A stretch of 64,000 nt of DNA from NCBI GenBank assembly GCA_000991135.1, contig LBST01000006.1, positions 46,663 to 110,662 of the forward strand, read 5' to 3'. Every line of letters starts with the position of its first letter. Positions within the stretch are counted from its first letter, which is position 1. The stretch is from Candidatus Roizmanbacteria bacterium GW2011_GWC1_37_12. GTDB taxonomy: Bacteria > Patescibacteriota > Microgenomatia > UBA1406 > GWC2-37-13. A program made the position numbers and the translations under genes. The notes below the pieces were generated by a model. The model was not told the origin of the DNA. It was given only the letters and a program-made list of their open reading frames with translations, and did no database searches. Shown piece after piece: positions 17,277-24,089 of the stretch.

Positions 17277-18872
17277 ATGTTAAGCAAATATGAAATAAGT
17301 CGAGGCGGGAGAGTAAAGGCAGCAGGACTTTCTCTGGCAATGTTCACCGATCCTGCTGAGGCATATTTTGGCCATCCAAATGCAATTAATGCTGCAATGA
17401 TGATAGAGACCTTTACAAGGCTTCGCAAATCACCACCAGATGCAATTCGGAATCGTTTTTTTCCTCGCAATCATTCAACTCATGGTATGTTGAAAAATGG
17501 CGCTGCACTATCTCGAACATCAATTACTAATCATCAAGGGATAGGACAATTTTTAGCACATAGCGAAAAAGACGGAACACAAACGGAAACCCAACTGAGA
17601 ATTGATATTGCAGAACAAACTGGTTTTGTAATTCTTGAAGCACATTTAGAACATCAGATAAACAAACTTCAATATCCTTATGGTATGTACTCAAAAATAC
17701 AGGAAGTGAAAGAGTATTTTGCCAGCGGTAATATTCCTGAAGCCCAATTAGCATATGAAAGACTTTTGCTTGCCGGAGAAGAGCTTGGCATCCAAGTTCA
17801 AAGAACGGCAAAAGTGGGACGTGAAGGTTTATTTTTTATTCACCCAAGCATTTCTAGGTTCCCTATTGAGATTGACTCCGCAACTCATGAAAAAATGCAA
17901 CTTAAAGGTAATCAATTAGTTGAAATCATGGTGGAGATAGCTAATCAGAAACAAAAACAATTCGCGTTTGATCATCAATTACCTACACCATTAAATAAAA
18001 TAGATTATCCTCCACTTTATTTTCAAATTGATTTTTTAATCAATAAGGATCGAAGCTTTGCTGTTTCCGATGTTGGCTTGCCAGACGTTGGATTATTTCT
18101 TACCGCTATTGAGAGTGAGGGAAATCAAACGGTTGAGGAAGCAAAACAAACTGTAGCTGGAAGATTGAATAAAGTGTCATTGTCGATATTTAATAAGGCA
18201 ATAGAATACGGTTCAAAAACGATTAGTTTTATCACGAGAAAATCGGTAATAGAAAACCTTGAAGATACTCTAGAAATAAAGGAAATAGAAGTATTACGGG
18301 GTTTGCTTGAAAAAACAGGATTTCAAACAAACATTATCTCTGAAGAACAAGCTCTGGATATGACCCCTGACGATCTTGGCATACTTATGAATGTGGACAC
18401 GTCATCACCTGGTTTTCAAAACCTTCTAAAAAGAAGGCTTGTTGAAGAATCAGTACCCATTCACCCCGACCCTTTTTTATTACTTGCACAAAATGAACTT
18501 ACTGAACTTCCACAAGTTACTGTATCAAAAGAGAGTATTGATTTACTGAGAGGTGTTTTTTCCACAACAGAAAAAACAGATAATATAACAAAATCAGCAG
18601 TTCAACTAGCGGCTGTTGAACGGATTATTAGAAAGTTAGGAATGCCAGATGAATGCGACATTTTTCATATGTACATTCCTGGTCAACCAACTCCCATTCC
18701 ATTTTATCAATTTGACTTAAAAGGATTACAGGTTGCCCTAAACTACGCCGTTGATGCTCCCGAAGTATTACTTAGAGGAATACCTGTCAATCCTGATAAT
18801 GCTGTTCTTTTTGATACTAATGGTAAACCTGTTTATGCAACATTTCGTTATATGTTTAATCAAAAACTATGA
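17277..18872 (+). CDS. Hypothetical 531-aa protein (very tentative ATP-grasp-like ligase features)
   Basis: Long ORF 1 nt after the flavoenzyme gene. LYFQIDFLINKDRSFAVSDVGLPDVG vaguely recalls the ATP-grasp xDFxx..ExNxxPG strand-loop. No firm family. Confidence 0.55.
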   Translation: MLSKYEISRGGRVKAAGLSLAMFTDPAEAYFGHPNAINAAMMIETFTRLRKSPPDAIRNRFFPRNHSTHGMLKNGAALSRTSITNHQGIGQFLAHSEKDGTQTETQLRIDIAEQTGFVILEAHLEHQINKLQYPYGMYSKIQEVKEYFASGNIPEAQLAYERLLLAGEELGIQVQRTAKVGREGLFFIHPSISRFPIEIDSATHEKMQLKGNQLVEIMVEIANQKQKQFAFDHQLPTPLNKIDYPPLYFQIDFLINKDRSFAVSDVGLPDVGLFLTAIESEGNQTVEEAKQTVAGRLNKVSLSIFNKAIEYGSKTISFITRKSVIENLEDTLEIKEIEVLRGLLEKTGFQTNIISEEQALDMTPDDLGILMNVDTSSPGFQNLLKRRLVEESVPIHPDPFLLLAQNELTELPQVTVSKESIDLLRGVFSTTEKTDNITKSAVQLAAVERIIRKLGMPDECDIFHMYIPGQPTPIPFYQFDLKGLQVALNYAVDAPEVLLRGIPVNPDNAVLFDTNGKPVYATFRYMFNQKL

Positions 18873-19258
18873 AATTCTGCACACCAATTAATACGAATAA
18901 TGCGGTGAGGTTTGCCATGAAGTTATTGTTGTCTTCCAAGGAGTCGGTGGACATGACCATGGATATGCAGGGCGAAATAGACCATCCACTGCCGCAAAGG
19001 TATCATCATTTGATAGCACGACTTGTGAAATGTAAGATAACGGTAGCCCGATATATGTACGGAGAAAAAAAATTATTTGAGGAGATTAAGAATCGGTATG
19101 AAGGAGTTCGAGTATATTATGGCGGCAAAATGGACAGGTACCAGCGAATGCTCATTATTGATAAAAAAAAGGGCATGTTTGCGCTGAATGGGAATATATT
19201 TTTCACCACCTTTAAGCCACTTATTAACAGTTTATTTATTTATATTTCAGTTAATTAA
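18869..19258 (+). CDS. Hypothetical 129-aa protein, translationally coupled to the 531-aa ORF
   Basis: ATGA start/stop overlap at 18869-18872. No motif recognised. Confidence 0.45.
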   Translation: MKFCTPINTNNAVRFAMKLLLSSKESVDMTMDMQGEIDHPLPQRYHHLIARLVKCKITVARYMYGEKKLFEEIKNRYEGVRVYYGGKMDRYQRMLIIDKKKGMFALNGNIFFTTFKPLINSLFIYISVN

Positions 19259-19268
19259 TTAACTGAAA
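19245..19268. promoter_or_regulatory. Perfect 24-bp palindrome TTTCAGTTAATTAATTAACTGAAA upstream of trpS
   Basis: Spans the stop codon of the 129-aa ORF and lies 25 nt upstream of the trpS -10 TATAAT (19293-98). AGTTAA/TTAACT half sites resemble TrpR operator half sites. Confidence 0.4.
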
Positions 19269-19305
19269 CAAATAATTTACAAAATATTTAGGTATAATCA
19301 AAACT

Positions 19306-20775
19306 ATGATAGATCAAAAAGTAACAGACTATAGTGAACTGCTTACCAATCTTGGTATAGAAAATAAGGTATTAAGCCATCCTGAATCAAGAAATATTGA
19401 TCAAGTTATCGGTTCTCTTGGCAAAACAAGATCAGATAGTGCTGCAACACTGGTTATGAAAGCTGATGATACATATATCTCCATCATTAGAAGAGACGAC
19501 TGTAAGTTAAATACCAAAAAAGTAAAAAAACTTTTAGGAGTAGATAGTTTAAGGATCGCAACTGATGAAGAATTTATTGAAATCACAGGATTAATTCCTG
19601 GAGCAGCCACGTATTTTAATAAAAATATCACTAAGGTTTTAATTGATAAAAAAGTTTTAGAAAAGGAATTTATAGTTGGCGGCTCGGGAAGTTTTTTATT
19701 TAGTATAAGTCATAAAACATCGGATTTAACAAAAATCCCCGGAAGTCAATTAGTTGATGTTGCTGAAGAAAGTTTAGTAATAACTGATTCAAAATATTTG
19801 GGGAAAAAACGGGTTTTTTCAGGAATCAGGGCAACAGGTAGATTGCATTTAGGTAATTATCTGGGAGCAGTTAAAGGGTTTCTCGAACTTGAAAAAACCT
19901 GCAAATACGAAACTGTTTACTGTGTTGTTGATGTGCACTCAATAACAACCCCATATGATAAAGAAGCGCTTGCCAAAAATAAAAGAGAAATCATCATTGA
20001 TTATTTGGCAGCTGGACTTGATCCAAAAAAAAGTATCATTATCTATCAGTCGGATGTACCGGAACATATTGAGTTGGCATTCTATTTTTCAACAGTTGAA
20101 ACGATTGCGAGGATGATGCATCTGCCAACTTATAAAGAAAAAGTAAAACAGTATCCAAACGCCAATACAATGGCTCTTTTGAACTATCCGATTTTAATGG
20201 CGGCTGATATTTTAATCTATAAAGCTAGCCTTGTCCCAGTTGGCATTGATCAAGAACCACATTTGGAAATCACCCGGGAAATTGCCAGAAAGATGAATCA
20301 ACTTTACGGAACCGATTTTCCTGAGCCTGTCAGGTTTGCTACTAAAGGAGAATATATTCCATCTCTTACTGGCGAGGGAAAAATGAGCAAGACTGTTGCC
20401 GGAAGTTTTATCAATCTAACTGATTCTTTTGATGAAATTAGGAAAAAGATCCGATCAGCTCCGACGGCAACCACATCAGGAGGTGAAATGTCTTCTGGAG
20501 TAAAAACTCTTTTTACTTTTGCCCAATTATTTATCCCAAACGAAGTCGAAGGATTTAAAAAGTCATTTGAGGACAAATCTCTCCAATTTGTCCGACTAAA
20601 AGATGCTATTTCCGAGGCGATTTATAAAGAACTTAAACCATTCCAAGAAAGACGGGCAAAAATCGCCGCTGATCAAAAATATGTTGACGAAGTGATCAAA
20701 GATGGCGCCGAACGCGCCCGCAAAATCGCCAAGGAAACCGTCCGTGAAGTCAAACAAAAGATGGGTTTACTATAG
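19306..20775 (+). CDS. trpS: Tryptophan--tRNA ligase with N-terminal YbaK/ProX-like (aminoacyl-tRNA editing fold) domain
   Basis: Residues about 168-489 are TrpRS (GRLHLGNYLGA, KMSKT). Residues 1 to about 165 match the YbaK/EbsC pattern (LSHPESR...TLVMK...ISIIRRDDCKLNTKKVKKLLG...TGLIPGA...VGGSG). Confidence 0.85.
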   Translation: MIDQKVTDYSELLTNLGIENKVLSHPESRNIDQVIGSLGKTRSDSAATLVMKADDTYISIIRRDDCKLNTKKVKKLLGVDSLRIATDEEFIEITGLIPGAATYFNKNITKVLIDKKVLEKEFIVGGSGSFLFSISHKTSDLTKIPGSQLVDVAEESLVITDSKYLGKKRVFSGIRATGRLHLGNYLGAVKGFLELEKTCKYETVYCVVDVHSITTPYDKEALAKNKREIIIDYLAAGLDPKKSIIIYQSDVPEHIELAFYFSTVETIARMMHLPTYKEKVKQYPNANTMALLNYPILMAADILIYKASLVPVGIDQEPHLEITREIARKMNQLYGTDFPEPVRFATKGEYIPSLTGEGKMSKTVAGSFINLTDSFDEIRKKIRSAPTATTSGGEMSSGVKTLFTFAQLFIPNEVEGFKKSFEDKSLQFVRLKDAISEAIYKELKPFQERRAKIAADQKYVDEVIKDGAERARKIAKETVREVKQKMGLL

Positions 20776-20779
20776 GCGT

Positions 20780-20794
20780 ACACCCTTCGGGTGT
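20780..20794. terminator. GC hairpin ACACCC-TTC-GGGTGT between convergent trpS and HAD genes
   Basis: 6-bp GC-rich stem 5 nt after the trpS stop. Same CACCC-N3-GGGTG type as hairpins at 5747, 6550 and 28856. Confidence 0.4.
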
Positions 20795-20813
20795 CCAGGC
20801 ACGAAATTTTCAT

Positions 20814-21419
20814 TTACAGCAAGAGTTTGGAAAGCTTGAAAACTGATTCTTTTACATTTTTTTCACCAAACCAAAAAGTCTGCCAACCAGATTTCTTTGC
20901 ACCTTCAATAAAATCTTTTCTATCATCAATAAGTAAAATTTCCTCTTCTTTTACACCGACTAAATTTGTTGCTAATTTATATATTTCTCTTTCTGGTTTT
21001 CTGAAACCTACTTCGTAAGAAAGAACAACTACAGAATATTTAATATCTGTAACCATTCCTTTCTCTATAAGTCTTGGCATCATACCTTTATAAAGATTGG
21101 AAATTAACCCTATCTTGTACTTTTTTGAAAGTTGACGGGCAAGTTCATGAACTTCAAGCCGTGGTCGATAATCCCCCATCCAGCTTTCAACAAAGTTATA
21201 ATTATCTGCATTTTTCAAACCAAATTTTTTTATCGCCAATTTCCAAACATCTTGTGGAGAAATTTTTCCTCTTGTAATGTCATCCCATATTTTCCCGCTC
21301 CAAAGCTTATTGAATTCTTCGAAATTGATTTTGAATTTCGAAGTTACCGTCCTAAAAGAATCACTCCAATCATTCATCACTCCACCAATGTCAAAATAAA
21401 TAAATTTAATTTTTTTCAT
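20814..21419 (-). CDS. HAD-superfamily hydrolase
   Basis: Motif I-like YFDIGGV, KIGLISN and LLIDDRKDFIEGAKKSG; 201 aa. Confidence 0.75.
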   Translation of the reverse strand: MKKIKFIYFDIGGVMNDWSDSFRTVTSKFKINFEEFNKLWSGKIWDDITRGKISPQDVWKLAIKKFGLKNADNYNFVESWMGDYRPRLEVHELARQLSKKYKIGLISNLYKGMMPRLIEKGMVTDIKYSVVVLSYEVGFRKPEREIYKLATNLVGVKEEEILLIDDRKDFIEGAKKSGWQTFWFGEKNVKESVFKLSKLLL

Positions 21420-21488
21420 AATTTAAATTATACCTCTTGATTTTCAAAAACAACTATTCTAATATTAAGGTGAACTATTGTTCAATGT

Positions 21489-22088
21489 ATGAAAAAACCT
21501 GTCTTTGCTTTTATAGACGCTTCTAATCTTTTTTATGGCGGAGAGAAAAGCCTGGGATGGAAAATCGATTATCGAAAACTAATTAAATATATCAAAAGAA
21601 AATATCTTGTCAAAAAAGTATTTTATTATGGCGGAGTCGAACTTAACGGATTCCTTTATTCAATTTTAGACAAACAGCCAATTAATCTAAATAAACTAAT
21701 AAGTTACCTAAACGGAAAGAAACCTATTGATAAAAAATCTATTCAACGAATCAAATTCTATTTGAAACTAGCCGAATTCGGTTATTTGCTCAAACTTAAA
21801 CCGGTTAAGATCTTCCGTGAACCAGACGGAAGAATTTCCAAAAAGGCTAACTGTGACGTCGACATGACCTTTGATTTGATGAGATACATAAAAGATTATT
21901 CTGACGTTTTGATTTTATCGGGAGATGGAGATTTTGCCATTGTTTTAAAATATTTGATGCAACTTGGTAAAAAAGTTACAGTGTTAGCTCGAGGTGAAAG
22001 AACAGCAAGAGATATTCGTCAATTAGTCGGTGGAGATTTTCGAGATTTTAGCAGATTGCGAAAAGAAATTGAATTTATAAAAAAATAG
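21489..22088 (+). CDS. NYN/LabA-like domain protein (predicted RNase fold)
   Basis: FIDASNLFYG, CDVDMTFDLM and ILSGDGDF are characteristic acidic motifs of NYN (DUF88) domains. Confidence 0.8.
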   Translation: MKKPVFAFIDASNLFYGGEKSLGWKIDYRKLIKYIKRKYLVKKVFYYGGVELNGFLYSILDKQPINLNKLISYLNGKKPIDKKSIQRIKFYLKLAEFGYLLKLKPVKIFREPDGRISKKANCDVDMTFDLMRYIKDYSDVLILSGDGDFAIVLKYLMQLGKKVTVLARGERTARDIRQLVGGDFRDFSRLRKEIEFIKK

Positions 22089-22112
22089 AGAGGACATACG
22101 AAATATCCTCTC
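22088..22112 (+). terminator. Hairpin GAGAGGA-N11-TCCTCTC after the NYN gene
   Basis: 7-bp stem overlapping the stop codon; weak T tract. Confidence 0.3.
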
Positions 22113-22150
22113 CATGTTTAGTAACCAAATTATAAAAGTTTAAAATAGAT

Positions 22151-23371
22151 TTGTCAACACTTATGGATACACCACTTGCAGACAGAATGAGACCGAAAAT
22201 TCTCGACCAGTTCGTCGGGCAGGAGCATCTAGTTGGAAAAGGAAAGCCAATTAGGCGGATGATTGAAAATAAAAAAGTCATCTCAATGGTTTTTTGGGGT
22301 CCGCCGGGTACGGGAAAGACGACTCTTGCCCGGATTATTGCCAACTATATAGAAGCGAACTTCGTCTCCTTTTCAGCTGTTGCTGGAGGCGGAGTTTCCG
22401 AAGTCAGGAAAATAATTGCCAAAGCAAAAGAAGACTATGGTCTTTTTCAAAAAACAACCGTTTTATTTGTTGATGAAATTCATCGATTCAACAAAGCTCA
22501 ACAAGATGCTTTTTTACCTTATGTCGAAGACGGAACAATAACGTTAATCGGGGCCACGACTGAAAATCCTGGTTTTGAAGTAATTGCTCCTTTAGTCTCT
22601 CGTAGTCAAATCTATGTTCTCTACGCATTGACTGAAAAAGAAGTTGAAATAATTACAAAACGGGCGATTAAATTTTACCCGAAACATTCTTTTGATAAAG
22701 ACGCCGTTAAACATATCATTAAAACCGCCAACGGCGACGCCCGCACCGCCATTAATGCTATAGAACTCTCTTCGTCTATTTCCAGGCACGTCACCCTACG
22801 GGTGGCGGAAGAGGCGGTTCAGAGAAAAGCCATCTATTATGACAAAAAAGGCGACTGGCACTACGACACCATCTCTGCATTTATAAAATCGATGAGGGGT
22901 TCAGACCCGGATGCGACTTTGCACTATTTGGCAAGAATGGTCAAGGCGGGTGAGGATCCGATTTTTATTGCCAGACGAATGGTTATCTTTGCCTCTGAGG
23001 ATATTGGTAACGCCCAGCCAACTGCGCTTGTGTTGGCAACGAGCGCCATGCAAGCTTGCCATATGATTGGCTTGCCAGAAGCTTCGTTGATCCTGGCCCA
23101 AACTGCTACTTATCTTGCCACTGCCAAAAAATCAATTGCTTCAAGTCAAGGAATTTGGAGTGCTTTAGCTGACATTGACGAAGAAAATCTCGACCCGATC
23201 CCACTCCACTTGAGAAACGCGCCGAATAAAGTGATGAAAAACTTAGGTTATGGTCAAAATCATGTCCGCTATCCATGGAAAGTCGAAAAAGAAACCGGAA
23301 GGAAAATCAACCAGGAATATATGCCAAAGAATTTGAGAGGAAAAAAATATTATAAACCTGATTGGAAGTAA
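22151..23371 (+). CDS. rarA: Replication-associated recombination protein A (AAA+ ATPase RarA/MgsA)
   Basis: PLADRMRP, GPPGTGKTT, VLFVDEIHRFNK, GATTENP and the MgsA C-terminal domain. The ATG at 22163 is more likely than the TTG at 22151. Confidence 0.9.
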   Translation: MSTLMDTPLADRMRPKILDQFVGQEHLVGKGKPIRRMIENKKVISMVFWGPPGTGKTTLARIIANYIEANFVSFSAVAGGGVSEVRKIIAKAKEDYGLFQKTTVLFVDEIHRFNKAQQDAFLPYVEDGTITLIGATTENPGFEVIAPLVSRSQIYVLYALTEKEVEIITKRAIKFYPKHSFDKDAVKHIIKTANGDARTAINAIELSSSISRHVTLRVAEEAVQRKAIYYDKKGDWHYDTISAFIKSMRGSDPDATLHYLARMVKAGEDPIFIARRMVIFASEDIGNAQPTALVLATSAMQACHMIGLPEASLILAQTATYLATAKKSIASSQGIWSALADIDEENLDPIPLHLRNAPNKVMKNLGYGQNHVRYPWKVEKETGRKINQEYMPKNLRGKKYYKPDWK

Positions 23372-23375
23372 GCAA

Positions 23376-23493
23376 AAAATTTCTAATTTCTAATTTACCT
23401 AATTGACCTAAAAAATGTCCAAATCCCAATTGGTCATTTATATCATTGGGTATTATTTAGATCAATTAGAATAATTAGGTTAATTAGGTCAAT
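23376..23493. repeat. About 115-bp AT-rich palindromic repeat, TTTCTAATTTCTAATT...TTAGGTTAATTAGGTCAAT family (copy A)
   Basis: Near-identical copy at 55638-55741 and a short copy at 41284-41320. Confidence 0.85.
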
Positions 23494-23781
23494 TTATTTT
23501 AATACCTTCTCATATCCACCACATCCTCTAAATAACCAGTGAGCTGTTCGCGTAACCGTAGTTGTTGAGACTCCAAGTTTCTTAGCGATTGCCTTATAAG
23601 ACATTCCTTTTTTAAGGAGTCTCGCCATCTCTAGTCGATTTGCAAATTCTTCAATCTCTTTTATCGTTAAAAGATCTCTTAAAAAATTGGCTACATCCTG
23701 TTCTGTTTTCAATTTTAAGAAGGCACTAGACAGTGCCTTCTCTTTATCATTTTTTGGTTTATAGTTTTGAAAATTAGACAT
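23494..23781 (-). CDS. Trp-repressor-fold regulator (YerC/YecD family), second paralog
   Basis: 95 aa; LLTIKEIEEFANRLEMARLLKKGMSYKAIAKKLGVSTTTVTRTAHWL. TATAAT lies 6 nt upstream of the ATG. Confidence 0.85.
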   Translation of the reverse strand: MSNFQNYKPKNDKEKALSSAFLKLKTEQDVANFLRDLLTIKEIEEFANRLEMARLLKKGMSYKAIAKKLGVSTTTVTRTAHWLFRGCGGYEKVLK

Positions 23782-23801
23782 AAATAAATTATAAACTAAT
23801 C

Positions 23802-23829
23802 CACTACATTATATTAATATATTGTAGTG
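23802..23829. promoter_or_regulatory. Near-perfect 28-bp palindrome CACTACATTATATTAATATATTGTAGTG in the divergent control region
   Basis: One central mismatch. Lies over the -35 region expected for the minus-strand regulator gene. Confidence 0.4.
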
Positions 23830-23841
23830 AAATAAATACTC

Positions 23842-23870
23842 TTGACTTTTTAAAGTCTATATATTATCAT
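23842..23870 (+). promoter_or_regulatory. Putative promoter TTGACT-17-TATCAT for the leader/HAL operon
   Basis: TTGACT 23842-47, 17-nt spacer, TATCAT 23865-70. Confidence 0.45.
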
Positions 23871-23894
23871 ATTAATACGTTAATATAAACAACG

Positions 23895-23914
23895 CACTTT
23901 AATTAATTAAAGTG
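23895..23914. promoter_or_regulatory. Perfect 20-bp palindrome CACTTTAATTAATTAAAGTG in the 5' UTR
   Basis: Between the putative TSS and the leader ATG at 23926. Shares the TTAATTAATTAA core with the palindrome at 19245. Confidence 0.4.
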
Positions 23915-23925
23915 GATAAATAATC

Positions 23926-24006
23926 ATGGATCAATTTAACGACAAAAAAAATTATTTTAATGAAGTTCATCACGCCCTGCCTCTGGCGGGGTTGCCTAAT
24001 ATGTAG
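23926..24006 (+). CDS. Candidate leader ORF MDQFNDKKNYFNEVHHALPLAGLPNM
   Basis: 26 codons with adjacent His codons CAT CAC (23968-73), located 12 nt upstream of the antiterminator arm GGCGGGG (23985-91). The SD is weak. Confidence 0.35.
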   Translation: MDQFNDKKNYFNEVHHALPLAGLPNM

Positions 24007-24019
24007 TTAACTAGTTAAC
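24006..24019. promoter_or_regulatory. Perfect 14-bp palindrome GTTAACTAGTTAAC (TrpR-operator-like core)
   Basis: Centred on CTAG (24011-14), immediately after the leader stop codon. Confidence 0.4.
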
Positions 24020-24031
24020 TGAATTACTCTA

Positions 24032-24058
24032 CCCCGCCTACAAGGCGGGTTTTTGTTT
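24032..24058 (+). terminator. Intrinsic terminator CCCGCC-TACAA-GGCGGG plus TTTTTGTTT, with alternative pairing to 23985-23991
   Basis: 6-bp GC stem plus T tract, 32 nt upstream of the HAL-like ATG. CCCCGCC (24032-38) is perfectly complementary to GGCGGGG (23985-91). Confidence 0.6.
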
Positions 24059-24089
24059 GGATTAAAAATTATAAATTTTAAAAAATTTT

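Noticed and set aside
19259-19305. T-box leader upstream of trpS (and similarly upstream of metG at 9246-9309)
   Set aside because: The spacers are under 70 nt with a -10 box 7 nt from the ATG. There is no specifier loop or T-box sequence.
20791-21440. Plus-strand ORFs 20791-21018, 21074-21277 and 21132-21440
   Set aside because: They are shadows of the minus-strand HAD hydrolase gene, which has recognisable HAD motifs.
21489-22088. NYN-domain gene as part of a toxin-antitoxin or defence module
   Set aside because: There is no adjacent small partner ORF, nuclease, ATPase or methylase companion. The neighbours are a HAD hydrolase and rarA. A single NYN/LabA-like gene is common housekeeping content.
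22783-22806. A CACCC-N3-GGGTG-type hairpin (GTCACCCTACGGGTGGC, preceded by TCCAGGCACG as at 20795) inside rarA, possibly another in-frame repeat insertion
   Set aside because: The encoded peptide (HVTLRVAEEAVQRK) corresponds to the normal RarA/MgsA segment (ITLE.AEEA.Q), and the protein length is normal. The stem is imperfect. This is most likely coincidence or ancient, and not demonstrable here.
23968-23973. Treating the His-His pair as proof of a his-type attenuator
   Set aside because: Classical his leaders have runs of 5-7 His codons. Two codons could be chance. The structure-based argument is kept as a finding but the His assignment is flagged as tentative.
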